Shown one piece after another: positions 27,474 through 36,274 of a DNA stretch of 50,523 nt (the first letter of the stretch is position 1; every line of letters begins with the position of its first letter). Source of the stretch: a virus. Lineage: Duplodnaviria > Caudoviricetes. The notes beneath the pieces are model-generated. The model was not told where the DNA came from and did not search any database. It saw only the letters and a program-made list of their open reading frames with translations. A program made the translations under genes and the position numbers. Where the stretch lies: positions 1 through 50,523 of the IMG/VR virus record IMGVR_UViG_3300044515_000029, one strand, 5' to 3'.

Positions 27474-27761
27474 ATGCCCGAACACAAGCTGAGAAAAGTA
27501 GCGCTAGACGAAATCACGCTGAACAACGCAGCGGATTTGATCGCCGAGGCGCTGAAAGCCAAGGGCTGCATTGTCCTGGTGCTGAACGACGACCGCACCA
27601 TCGGCATGACGTCGAGCGGCATCAACCACTACAAAGCAAACGAATTGCTGTCAGTGGGAATTCACATCAACTTGAGCCAGCACGATGAGGCTGTGGCGAA
27701 AGGCGAGGCTGGCGAAGCCGCGCAGCGCACTCAACTCTCGATTGTCGGGGGTGACCGATGA
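27474..27761 (+). CDS. Hypothetical protein
   Basis: AAGGAGAG SD; ATGA overlap with scaffold gene. Confidence 0.65.
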   Translation: MPEHKLRKVALDEITLNNAADLIAEALKAKGCIVLVLNDDRTIGMTSSGINHYKANELLSVGIHINLSQHDEAVAKGEAGEAAQRTQLSIVGGDR

Positions 27762-28309
27762 GCCTGCTACTCAATCTGATGCGCCGCTGCATGGAAGGCG
27801 AGGGCGAGGGTGGTGGTGGTGGCGGCTCGGCAAAGAATCCGCCGCAGCCGGAAGTTTTTTCCCGCGAGTACGTGCACGAGCTGCGCGAGGAAAACAAGTC
27901 ATGGCGCCAGAAACACCAAGAGAGCGAGACCGCCAAGGCCGATGCGCTCAAGCAAGTGGAAGCCTCAACCCAGGTCGCGACCGACAAAATCAAGGAAGCG
28001 AACGCCGCCGCCGATCAGCGCGTGATTCGCGCAGAACTCAAGGCCGCAGCGCTCAAGGCCGGCATGGTCGACCTCGACGGGTTGAAACTGGCCGATCTCT
28101 CGAAAGTGAAGCTCAACGATCAGGGCGAAGTCGAGGGCGCTGACAAGCTCATGGAAGATTTGAAAAAGGCGAAACCGTATCTATTCGGCGCCGAGTCGAC
28201 CAGCAACAACGGCAAACCGCCGAAGCCTGGAGACCAGCAACCGAAGCTCGCAACCGCGATGAGCGATGATGAGTACCGCGCAGCGCGATCCGCTGCAGTC
28301 AGACGTTGA
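27758..28309 (+). CDS. Capsid scaffolding protein
   Basis: FSREYV.ELREEN..WR coiled coil, LKKAKPYLF, MSDDEY. Confidence 0.8.
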   Translation: MSLLLNLMRRCMEGEGEGGGGGGSAKNPPQPEVFSREYVHELREENKSWRQKHQESETAKADALKQVEASTQVATDKIKEANAAADQRVIRAELKAAALKAGMVDLDGLKLADLSKVKLNDQGEVEGADKLMEDLKKAKPYLFGAESTSNNGKPPKPGDQQPKLATAMSDDEYRAARSAAVRR

Positions 28310-28431
28310 TTTTGTCGCCGCCGATGCGGCGATATTGATTTTTCATTGACCACAGGCGCTTTAAGGCGCCGTGCCCATCGGGAGTCGACCTCCAGGGGTG
28401 TTCGTAAAACACACCACGCAGGAGATTCCCC

Positions 28432-29757
28432 TTGGGTATTCAATCGTTTCCGGCTGCTCTGCAGCCAATCATTCAGCAGAACTTCTTGGAGCGCGAGTTC
28501 CACGACGCGATCCAGTCGATCATCGGGTATCGAAAGATCGCGCGGCGGGAACCGTTCGCCGCGAAGATCGGCGAAACCCTCACCAAGACCCGCAATGGCT
28601 TGAAGGTTCCGACCACGACCCCGCTCGTTCCGAGCACCAACACGAACCTGGACAACGGTCTGACGCCGTCGACCTGGACCGTGGAGCAGTACACGCTGTC
28701 GATCAACCAGTACGGAGATTCGATCGACCTGAACACCGTCACGAACCGCGTCGGCATCGTCGAGCAGTTCCTCACCAATGCGAAGGTCAACGGCATCCAG
28801 GCCGCGCAGTCCTTGGACCGGTTGGCGCGCAATGCGATCTTCAACCCGTACATGGGCGGAAATACTCGAGTCCGCACGACCCTGGGCGCGCCCGCCGCGA
28901 CTATCGCGGTTGATGACGTGCGCGGGTTTCAGCAGGCGTTTTTGAACGGGCAATTGCTGCCAGTTTCCGGCGCCAACCCGATGCAGGTTCTTGTCGGCTC
29001 GACCGTGTATACCCTGAGTGCGGTTGCGGTGGACGGCGGCAACGTCAGCACCGCGCCCCTGGGTATCTCGGGCACGCTGACCTTCACCAGCAACGTGAGC
29101 ACGGCGGACGGAACCGTGCTGAATCAGGTTACCTCGTACTTGAGCGGCGCCGGCAGCGGGCCCTTCATCCTGCGACCGAGCGGACGCGCCACCACGGCGG
29201 CGATCACCGGCAGCGACCTGCTGACGATGGGCGCGGTTCTCGACGGTGTCGCGTACCTGCGTCGCAACGCGGTCCCGACGATCGACGGCATGTACAACAT
29301 GTACCTGGACCCCGTCTCGGGCCGTCAATTATTCGCGGACCCTGACTTTAAGATTCTGTTCCAGGGTCAGAGCGCCGCGAAAGAGTTCCGGCAGGGCCGA
29401 GTCATCGAACTGCTCGACGTTCGGTACATCCCGACGACTGAATCGTTCGTGCAGGTGTTGGGTGGAACTACCATCCGCCGGCCGATCCTGTGCGGTGCGG
29501 AGTCCCTGGTTGAGGGCGACTTCGAGGGCATGGGCAAGAGCGACACGCCGACCGATGCAGGGATCATCAACATGGTCGACGACATCGTTCACGTGACCCG
29601 CGAACCGATCGACCGCCTGCAGCAGATCATCGCCCAGTCCTGGTACTGGATCGGTGGATTTGTGGCGCCGACCGACCAGACGTTGAATCAAAACATCGTC
29701 CCGACCGCGAGCTTGAGCTACTACAAGCGCGCTCTGGTGTTTGAACACGCCGGCTAG
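28432..29757 (+). CDS. Major capsid protein
   Basis: 441 aa after scaffold; GGAG SD with TTG start; IGETLTKTR, QYG..I, QAAQSLDRLAR. Confidence 0.85.
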   Translation: MGIQSFPAALQPIIQQNFLEREFHDAIQSIIGYRKIARREPFAAKIGETLTKTRNGLKVPTTTPLVPSTNTNLDNGLTPSTWTVEQYTLSINQYGDSIDLNTVTNRVGIVEQFLTNAKVNGIQAAQSLDRLARNAIFNPYMGGNTRVRTTLGAPAATIAVDDVRGFQQAFLNGQLLPVSGANPMQVLVGSTVYTLSAVAVDGGNVSTAPLGISGTLTFTSNVSTADGTVLNQVTSYLSGAGSGPFILRPSGRATTAAITGSDLLTMGAVLDGVAYLRRNAVPTIDGMYNMYLDPVSGRQLFADPDFKILFQGQSAAKEFRQGRVIELLDVRYIPTTESFVQVLGGTTIRRPILCGAESLVEGDFEGMGKSDTPTDAGIINMVDDIVHVTREPIDRLQQIIAQSWYWIGGFVAPTDQTLNQNIVPTASLSYYKRALVFEHAG

Positions 29758-29775
29758 TCGATAGGGTAGGCAATA

Positions 29776-29797
29776 AGGCGGGCCTTCGGGCCCGCCT
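29776..29797 (+). terminator. UUCG hairpin after capsid gene
   Basis: AGGCGGGCC-TTCG-GGCCCGCCT; weak U-tail. Confidence 0.55.
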
Positions 29798-29817
29798 CTC
29801 TCACTGGAGTACAAGCG

Positions 29818-30063
29818 ATGCCACTAGGAACATCCCTCGTTGCAGATACCGGCGCGAGCGCGATCGGCAACGGCCAGCACGCGGAATTGAGCGCGGCGCA
29901 GATCAGCACAAAATACGGTGCTGGCAACGTCAAGACCTCATCCGTGGACTACACGTTCACCTTCAAGGGTCAGCACATCTATTTCCGCAAGGGCGTACCT
30001 GTCGTCATCACTGACGCCGCGATGCTCGCTGCTTTGACCGCTGCCGGCGCACCGGTCTCGTAA
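29818..30063 (+). CDS. Small head-associated protein
   Basis: GGAG SD; shares C-terminal motif with next two genes. Confidence 0.65.
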   Translation: MPLGTSLVADTGASAIGNGQHAELSAAQISTKYGAGNVKTSSVDYTFTFKGQHIYFRKGVPVVITDAAMLAALTAAGAPVS

Positions 30064-30257
30064 TGGCTAAGAAGTCACGCGTTGAGCCGGCCGTCTCGAC
30101 ACAGGCTGAAAATACGCCGCTGCCGCGCTTCGTCGTACTCGACGAAACCTACGGGTGGATGGAAAACGGCTGCACGATGATGTTCAAGGAAGGGCAGATC
30201 GTGCGCGACCCGAGCATCGTCAAGGTGCTGATCGATCGCGGCGCCCCATTGCTTTAA
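30063..30257 (+). CDS. Small head-associated protein
   Basis: YGW.ENG...F.EGQIV.DP..VK.LIDRGAP. Confidence 0.65.
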   Translation: MAKKSRVEPAVSTQAENTPLPRFVVLDETYGWMENGCTMMFKEGQIVRDPSIVKVLIDRGAPLL

Positions 30258-30275
30258 ATCACAAGGAATTTTCAC

Positions 30276-30578
30276 ATGGCAGACCCAAAACCAGAAACGG
30301 ACGAAGCTGCAGCAAAGCTCGCCGCCGACGCAGAGGCCGACGCGAAGCAAGTATCCGACAAGGCCGCCGCCGCCAAAAAGGCCGCCGCGGAATCCAAGTC
30401 GATGCTCGCCAAGATCAAGCACGTGGTCCTGACATCGGTGTATGGCTTCTACGACGAGGCGGGCAAGTACGTCGGCTGGGTCGAGGGTCATATCGTGACC
30501 GAGGCCGAGCACATCAAGCTGCTGATCGAACGCAAGGCGCCGGTCACCGTCGTGGAGCACGAGGAAGCGCCGAAGTGA
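30276..30578 (+). CDS. Small head-associated protein
   Basis: YGFYDEAG...W.EGHIV.E..HIKLLIERKAP. Confidence 0.7.
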   Translation: MADPKPETDEAAAKLAADAEADAKQVSDKAAAAKKAAAESKSMLAKIKHVVLTSVYGFYDEAGKYVGWVEGHIVTEAEHIKLLIERKAPVTVVEHEEAPK

Positions 30579-30883
30579 GCGACGGTCAGTATTTTCGGCA
30601 GGGCAAGAGCTCGGCACTGAACATCAGCACGCCTACGCTTGTAGTCGCGGTCAGCAAGGATCAATCGCTTGCCCAGGCTCGCGTCGTGCGCGTGAACGTG
30701 CTCGTGGCGGGAACGACTGCCGGAACCGTGAACGACAGCGCGTCGGTAGCCGGCGCGGGCGCCGCGAATGAAATCGCCGCGCTGCCGAACGTGGTCGGCC
30801 CGATCCTGATTGACTTCCCCATTCTGGCGGGCCTGGTGATCGTCCCAGGAACCGGCCAGGTCGTCTCTGTCAGCTACGACTGA
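30575..30883 (+). CDS. Beta-sandwich virion protein
   Basis: GTG start; SALNIST.TLV...GLVIVPGTGQVVSVSY. Confidence 0.65.
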   Translation: MSDGQYFRQGKSSALNISTPTLVVAVSKDQSLAQARVVRVNVLVAGTTAGTVNDSASVAGAGAANEIAALPNVVGPILIDFPILAGLVIVPGTGQVVSVSYD

Positions 30884-31305
30884 TGTCAAGCAATCCGCCA
30901 GAATTCCCCGGTGGTGTAGGCAACTTCACCACGGCGCAGAAAGTCGACATCCGTCGATTTTGCGGCTACCCGCAATTTGGCGCGACACCGTCGAGCTTTC
31001 AGAGTTACAGATTTTTCCAGTCCTACGGAACGCTGGAATATCGCATGTCCAACATGCTTCCCGAGGAAGCCGCGGTCGTGCAGAACGTGTATCTGGCGAA
31101 CCTGACCGCCCTCGAAGCGGCTATCCCGGCATCGAGCGCGAACCTGGATACAGACAAGGCGGCCGTATGGACGCACAACAAGAACGAAGTCAGCGACCGC
31201 TATGCGCTTTTCAACAAGTGGCGGCGAGACTTGTGCTCGTTTATGGGAATTCCGCCGGGAGAAGGCTTGCAAGGCGGCGGTAACAGCGTCTCGCTGGTGG
31301 TCTGA
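30883..31305 (+). CDS. Head-tail adaptor
   Basis: FTTAQKVDIRRFCGYP; position after capsid cluster. Confidence 0.65.
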   Translation: MSSNPPEFPGGVGNFTTAQKVDIRRFCGYPQFGATPSSFQSYRFFQSYGTLEYRMSNMLPEEAAVVQNVYLANLTALEAAIPASSANLDTDKAAVWTHNKNEVSDRYALFNKWRRDLCSFMGIPPGEGLQGGGNSVSLVV

Positions 31306-31952
31306 TGGACGGCCCGACGATTCAGGCTCGCATCTATGCGGGCCGAGGCAAGGCTGCGCAGCGCATCGGCCTGCCGTGCCAAGTGTTCAGGCCGACGGCG
31401 ACCGGCTCGCCATTCACGAATCAGATCGCGACGCTCAACGCCGCTTTCAACTCGGCGGATCCGAACTACGTCAAGCCGAACCTGTACGGCAAGGCGGTAT
31501 GGTTTTCCGATCTCGACGGGCGATTTACGCGCGTCGGCGATTATCTGGTGCGCCTCTCTGACAATTCGTACTGGTTTATCGCCGCGCAGCAGCAGCTTTT
31601 GCCGATTGTGGTCATCGCCTGCAATAGGATCGTGAATGTGTTCCGGCCGCAGCAGCAGAGCGGGGTCGGAGCGGTGGGCTACGGCGGCGACACCGTGGCG
31701 CAGGAAACGCCGCTCATCACCGGATACCCGGCCTCGGTGCTGGTCGGAACGAAGTCTGACAAGAGCCTCGTAAACCTGCCCGGCGATGTGCGAAATCCCG
31801 CCTGGGCGATATTGCTGCCGGTTTTGCCGGCGAACACGTACCTGAGAAACGAGGACGTGATCACCGACGACCAGAACCGCCGGTATGTCATCAGTAGCGC
31901 GGAATTGACCGATCTCGGATGGCGCATCAACGCGGCACAGGCTGAAACCTAA
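31305..31952 (+). CDS. Head closure or neck protein
   Basis: Position; LRNEDVITD...RYVISSAE. Confidence 0.6.
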   Translation: MDGPTIQARIYAGRGKAAQRIGLPCQVFRPTATGSPFTNQIATLNAAFNSADPNYVKPNLYGKAVWFSDLDGRFTRVGDYLVRLSDNSYWFIAAQQQLLPIVVIACNRIVNVFRPQQQSGVGAVGYGGDTVAQETPLITGYPASVLVGTKSDKSLVNLPGDVRNPAWAILLPVLPANTYLRNEDVITDDQNRRYVISSAELTDLGWRINAAQAET

Positions 31953-31953
31953 A

Positions 31954-32808
31954 ATGGCTGACCTTGTCGACGTGCAGAACGCGCTGGTCGCGCTGATCTC
32001 GCAGACGCTCTACCCGGGCGGAATCACGCAGCCATCGGTAACGGGCGTACCGACTATCATTTATGCGGGATGGCCGACATCTTCGCAGCTCGACGCTGAT
32101 CTCTTGGCGCTCTCGCAGAATATTCCCGCCGGCCGGATGCACGTCACCGTGTTCCCCTCCAAGATGGAGCGCAACACAACACGGTATCTGCGTAACAATT
32201 GGGTCAAGGTAACTGAGCCGGACGTGACGATTACGCTCACCGTGAGCGGGCAGCAGGTTACGGTCGGCGGGAGCGTTTCAACGCCGCAGAATGTCATGCT
32301 GCTGGTGAACGGTCAGCCGTACATCTACGGCGTGCAGCCGGACGACACGCTTCAAACCGCCGCCGCAGCGCTCGCCGCGCTCGTGCCGGGCGCTTCAAGT
32401 GCTGGCTCGATCATCACGCTTGCGCCGACCGCGAACCTGACCGCGGCGCGCGTCGGCGGATCCGGTTCCTCCGGACTTGAGATTCGCCGGCAAGAGCGGG
32501 TATTCCAAGTCACCGTATGGGGCGACACGCCCGCTCATCGGGACGTGACCTCGAAAGCGATTGACCCCGTGCTCGGCAACATCGCGTTTCTGAGCTTTCC
32601 AGATCAGTCTCGCGGATATCTGCAGTACCGCTCGACGAATGTCATTGACTTGATGTCGAAGGCGGTTGTTTACCGTCGCGACCTGAATTACAGCGTCGAT
32701 TACCCGACGATCGAGACAATCACGACGCCGCAAATTATGACGCTCGGCATTCACCCCTCCGTGGGTGTGGCGCCACCGTTTCAGCCAACCGCAACCGTTT
32801 CAATTTAA
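31954..32808 (+). CDS. Tail terminator or neck protein
   Basis: Position before sheath; IYAGWP, YRRDL.Y.VDY. Confidence 0.6.
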   Translation: MADLVDVQNALVALISQTLYPGGITQPSVTGVPTIIYAGWPTSSQLDADLLALSQNIPAGRMHVTVFPSKMERNTTRYLRNNWVKVTEPDVTITLTVSGQQVTVGGSVSTPQNVMLLVNGQPYIYGVQPDDTLQTAAAALAALVPGASSAGSIITLAPTANLTAARVGGSGSSGLEIRRQERVFQVTVWGDTPAHRDVTSKAIDPVLGNIAFLSFPDQSRGYLQYRSTNVIDLMSKAVVYRRDLNYSVDYPTIETITTPQIMTLGIHPSVGVAPPFQPTATVSI

Positions 32809-32817
32809 GAGGTTCCT

Positions 32818-32943
32818 ATGGCCCTTGTCGTTGTTCACCCATTCGGCCCCTACAAGAAGGGCGACAAAATCACCGACTCGGGAGAGGTCGAGAGGATTCT
32901 CGCCAGTTCCAACGCGCCAAAAGTCGTGAAGATCGGCGCGTAA
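32818..32943 (+). CDS. Small virion protein (41 aa, not in ORF track)
   Basis: GAGG SD; MALVVVHPFGPYKKGDKITD. Confidence 0.6.
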   Translation: MALVVVHPFGPYKKGDKITDSGEVERILASSNAPKVVKIGA

Positions 32944-32967
32944 ACCGCCGCCTCAACCCCTCATCAG

Positions 32968-32989
32968 AACCCGCCTCGGCGGGTTTTTT
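32968..32989 (+). terminator. Intrinsic terminator
   Basis: AACCCGCC-TC-GGCGGGTT-TTTT. Confidence 0.75.
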
Positions 32990-33006
32990 CATTTCTGGAG
33001 TAGCCA

Positions 33007-34548
33007 ATGGGTCAAATAGTTCCGGCCGGTTCGATCAATCTCGCCGCGCAGGTAGTGCCAGGCGTCACCGTCCAGGTGCAACCGCCTGCAACGCAGTTCA
33101 TCAACGGGGTACCGACGAACGGTCTTGGCATCGTCGGCACTGCGTCATGGGGTGCGGTCAATAGCCCCGTGAATTTCGGGACTCCCGCCGAGGGCCAGGC
33201 GCAATTCGGCCCGCTCCAGCCGCGATTGTTTGACCTAATGACGGCGGTCAGCATCGCCGCGCAGCAGGGCGCGAACAATTTCACATGCGTGCGCGTCACC
33301 GATGGCACCGACACCGCCGCCACGGTCGAAGTGCAAGTCAATTGCCTCGCGCTCACGTCGAAGCACACCGGCTCATTCGGCAACAGTACGAAAGTGACCA
33401 TCGCGGCCGGCTCCCAGGCCGGAACGTTCCAGGTGACGGTAAGCGCTCCGGGACTCGTCCCCGAGAACTTCAACAACATTGGCGCCGGATTGGCCGGCAA
33501 CGCGTTATGGGTGGCGATTGCCAATGCCATCAACAACGGCAACACCGCATTGCGCGGCCCGTCTCAGATCGTCGTGGCGAGCGCAGGCGTTGGCACGACT
33601 GTCCCGGCCCCCGCGACTCTATCCCTTGCCGGCGGCACCGATGGCGTGGCAAACATCACGACCGCCACAATGGTAGGCGTCTCGACCACGCCGCGGAGCG
33701 GAATGTCCGCGCTGCTCAATACGGGCATCAGCGTGGCAATGCTCGCCGACCTCGTCGACGAGACGAGCTTCCCCTCGCAGATCGCCTTCGGCCTCGCGAA
33801 CGGCGTTGAAATGGTTGGCGTCAGCGTCTCGGGCGATCAGATTTCGACCGCGATTGCAAATAAGGCGTCGAACGGCGTCGACAGCTTCGCCTTTAAATTG
33901 CTATTCGGCGACTGGGTGTTCTGGCTCGACACCGTGAACAATCAGCAGCGGCTCGTGAGCCCTCAGGCTTTCGCTGCTGGCGAGCTTGTGTCTCTATCCC
34001 CGCAGAATTCGCCGCTGAACAAGCAACTGCAGGGAATCATCGGCACGCAAAAGTCGATGAGCAATCAGCAGTATTCGAACGCCGACCTGCAGGCACTCAT
34101 CGGCGCCGGCATCGACGTGATCGCGAACCCCTCGCCGGGCGGTTCGTACTTCTCCTTGCAGTCGGGACACAACTCGAGTTCGAACCCACTGCAGCACGGC
34201 GATGCGTACACGCGGATGATAAATTTCCTGTCGACGACGTTCCTCGCCGGAATGGGTATTTTCGTCGGCCAGCTCGACAGCCCGACAGTGCAGGCGACCA
34301 TTCTCGCGACGTTGAGCGCGTTCCTCGACAACCTGGCGGATCAGGGAATGATCGGCAACTCTCAGGGAACCACGCCGTACAGCGTGACCATCGACCCGGC
34401 GCTCAATCCGCCCTCGCAGATTGCGCTCGGCAACCTGCAGATCAGCGCGCAGGTGCAATTCCTCGCGGTCATCGAGAACTTGATTATCAACGTCCAGGGC
34501 GGCTCGTCGGTGCAGGTCGCATCGGTCGGCGTCACCCCGCAGCAGTAA
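33007..34548 (+). CDS. Tail sheath protein
   Basis: PGVTVQ, GIVGTASWG.VN.P, CVRVTDG, LAGGTDG, sheath-type C-terminus. Confidence 0.9.
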   Translation: MGQIVPAGSINLAAQVVPGVTVQVQPPATQFINGVPTNGLGIVGTASWGAVNSPVNFGTPAEGQAQFGPLQPRLFDLMTAVSIAAQQGANNFTCVRVTDGTDTAATVEVQVNCLALTSKHTGSFGNSTKVTIAAGSQAGTFQVTVSAPGLVPENFNNIGAGLAGNALWVAIANAINNGNTALRGPSQIVVASAGVGTTVPAPATLSLAGGTDGVANITTATMVGVSTTPRSGMSALLNTGISVAMLADLVDETSFPSQIAFGLANGVEMVGVSVSGDQISTAIANKASNGVDSFAFKLLFGDWVFWLDTVNNQQRLVSPQAFAAGELVSLSPQNSPLNKQLQGIIGTQKSMSNQQYSNADLQALIGAGIDVIANPSPGGSYFSLQSGHNSSSNPLQHGDAYTRMINFLSTTFLAGMGIFVGQLDSPTVQATILATLSAFLDNLADQGMIGNSQGTTPYSVTIDPALNPPSQIALGNLQISAQVQFLAVIENLIINVQGGSSVQVASVGVTPQQ

Positions 34549-34612
34549 CAACCAACCCCGCAACCCATCGTAGGCCGCCTTGTGCGGCCTTTTAATTTTC
34601 GGAGCCGCATAC

Positions 34613-35047
34613 ATGCCCCAGGGTCAATTTAACCTCGGCCGAGATATCGGTCTGACGATCTTCACCCCGCAAGCCGGGCCGCTCACGCTCAACACGATCA
34701 AGTCGTTCAAGTCGAAGTCCGACGACAACGTGCAGAAGATCATCCTGATCAATGGAATCACCGATCACTTGCGGTTTTTTCAAGGGTGGTCTGGCAGCTT
34801 CGACATAGAGCGCGCGAACGCGGTACTCGATCAGTATTTCGCGCTGCTTGAGTCCAACTACTTCCTCGGCATCCCCGAGGCAGCGGCCTCGATCACGGAG
34901 ACCATTCAGGAAGTGAACGGCACCGTCTCTCAGTATCGCTATCCTGGCGTCATTCTGAGCTTCTCGGACGCGGGCGACTACACGGGCGATAAGTCTGTGA
35001 GCCAGTCCCTGTCGTTCGTCTCCCGTCGCCGCATTCAGATCGTTTAA
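34613..35047 (+). CDS. Tail tube protein
   Basis: Follows sheath; GWSGSFDIER beta-rich 144 aa. Confidence 0.8.
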   Translation: MPQGQFNLGRDIGLTIFTPQAGPLTLNTIKSFKSKSDDNVQKIILINGITDHLRFFQGWSGSFDIERANAVLDQYFALLESNYFLGIPEAAASITETIQEVNGTVSQYRYPGVILSFSDAGDYTGDKSVSQSLSFVSRRRIQIV

Positions 35048-35055
35048 GGGAAGCC

Positions 35056-35436
35056 ATGAGCAACAAATTGACGGTGCATGAAACGGCACCGACCCCGACC
35101 GCGCAAGTGATCGCGAAGGCCGGCGCGGAAGTGAATGTCACCGACTCAAAGGGGCGAGTGATCTCGCTAAAAAAGCCAGGCATTCTCTCGCAATACCGCA
35201 TCATCGAGACGATGGGGAAGTCAGCGGACATCGAAACCTATCGCGGCATGGTCACGCCGCTGATATGGATCTCGGCGATCGACGGCGATTACGTTCCCCC
35301 GATTGCAAGCAAATTGCAGTTGGAAGCGCTGATTCAGCGCGTCGGCGATGAGGGGCTTGAGGCGGTCGTCAAGGGCATCGTGGAAAACTTCGGCGAGCAG
35401 GACGACGAAGCCAACAGGGCCGCCATAAAAAAATAG
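35056..35436 (+). CDS. Tail assembly chaperone (G-like)
   Basis: Between tube and tape measure; ends at slippery A AAA AAA TAG. Confidence 0.8.
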   Translation: MSNKLTVHETAPTPTAQVIAKAGAEVNVTDSKGRVISLKKPGILSQYRIIETMGKSADIETYRGMVTPLIWISAIDGDYVPPIASKLQLEALIQRVGDEGLEAVVKGIVENFGEQDDEANRAAIKK

Positions 35437-35606
35437 TTTCCTGTGTTCCCGTTCGAGAGGCCCTTTGGCTGGTGAATCACGGGGTGGACTTCGATCTCGC
35501 GTTCCAACTCGATGACGTTGAGCGCACCGCCTACTGCATTATTTTCAGCGAGCAGGACAGCGGACAAGTGTTCGATTTCGATTCGATGAGCTTCAAAGAC
35601 AAATGA
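35427..35606 (+). CDS. -1 frameshift extension of tail chaperone (GT-like)
   Basis: The -1 frame reads IVSCVPVREALWLVNHGVDFDLAF...FKDK* and stops at the next ATG. Confidence 0.75.
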   Translation, partial: KKIVSCVPVREALWLVNHGVDFDLAFQLDDVERTAYCIIFSEQDSGQVFDFDSMSFKDK

Positions 35607-36082
35607 AGGAATTCTCAAGTTTCGGCAGCTTCGCGCGGCACCTTCTAGTGACCGCGGCGGTGGGCGAGGAAGTCACTCACCATCTAACCGAAAAGGCGGC
35701 CGAACTCATCAAGGATGACGCGCAGAAGCGCATCGGAGAGTACCAGGACTACACCGGGCCGTTCCCTGGTTGGGCCCCGCTGGCGGATTCGACCAAGGCT
35801 GACCGCGTAGCGCAAGGCTTCTCAGAAGATGAGCCGCTGCTGCGCACGGGCGAACTGCGGGACTCGATAACGGTCAGCGCAAAGGGAAATGAGGCGGTGG
35901 TCGGCAGCGACAGCGATATCGCGCTGTATCAGGAAGTGGGTACGGACAAGATTCCGCCGCGGCCGTTCTTGGGCCCGGCTGGTTACGACAGCAAACTGGG
36001 CATCGGAGAATTGTCTGCAAAGACTATCGTTGCGTGGATCTCGGGCCTGGGCTGGAAGCGGCCTCAGATCAAATTGCCGTAG
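35603..36082 (+). CDS. HK97 gp10-like / virion morphogenesis protein
   Basis: WAPLA.ST...PLLRTGELRDSI...YQE.GT.KIPPRPFLGPA. Confidence 0.75.
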   Translation: MKEFSSFGSFARHLLVTAAVGEEVTHHLTEKAAELIKDDAQKRIGEYQDYTGPFPGWAPLADSTKADRVAQGFSEDEPLLRTGELRDSITVSAKGNEAVVGSDSDIALYQEVGTDKIPPRPFLGPAGYDSKLGIGELSAKTIVAWISGLGWKRPQIKLP

Positions 36083-36261
36083 ATCGACAGCGCAATAACT
36101 GATCCCCAAAAGATCGCGAACGCGATCCACCAGCGCTGTTTATTGGTGAGGCCGAGCAGGCGAAAGAGCAGCCGTTTTTCTTGAGGGAAGCGCGCGTCAG
36201 GGTACTGGACCCACGGCACCCGCTCTGCGAACCATTCATGAATTCGCGTCGTTACGCGCAT
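36064..36261 (-). CDS. Antisense small membrane protein
   Basis: Fills the gap before tape measure; C-terminal TM WWIAFAIFWGSVIALSIY. Confidence 0.5.
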   Translation of the reverse strand: MRVTTRIHEWFAERVPWVQYPDARFPQEKRLLFRLLGLTNKQRWWIAFAIFWGSVIALSIYGNLI

Positions 36262-36274
36262 AGGAAGTTTCCCG

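Noticed and set aside
25187-29328. Long minus-strand ORFs (25187..26173, 28120..29328 and similar)
   Set aside because: Antisense shadows of GC-rich genes, without motifs
30155-30574. N-terminal extension of ORF 30155..30883
   Set aside because: Shadow frame of two better genes; GTG 30575 fits translational coupling
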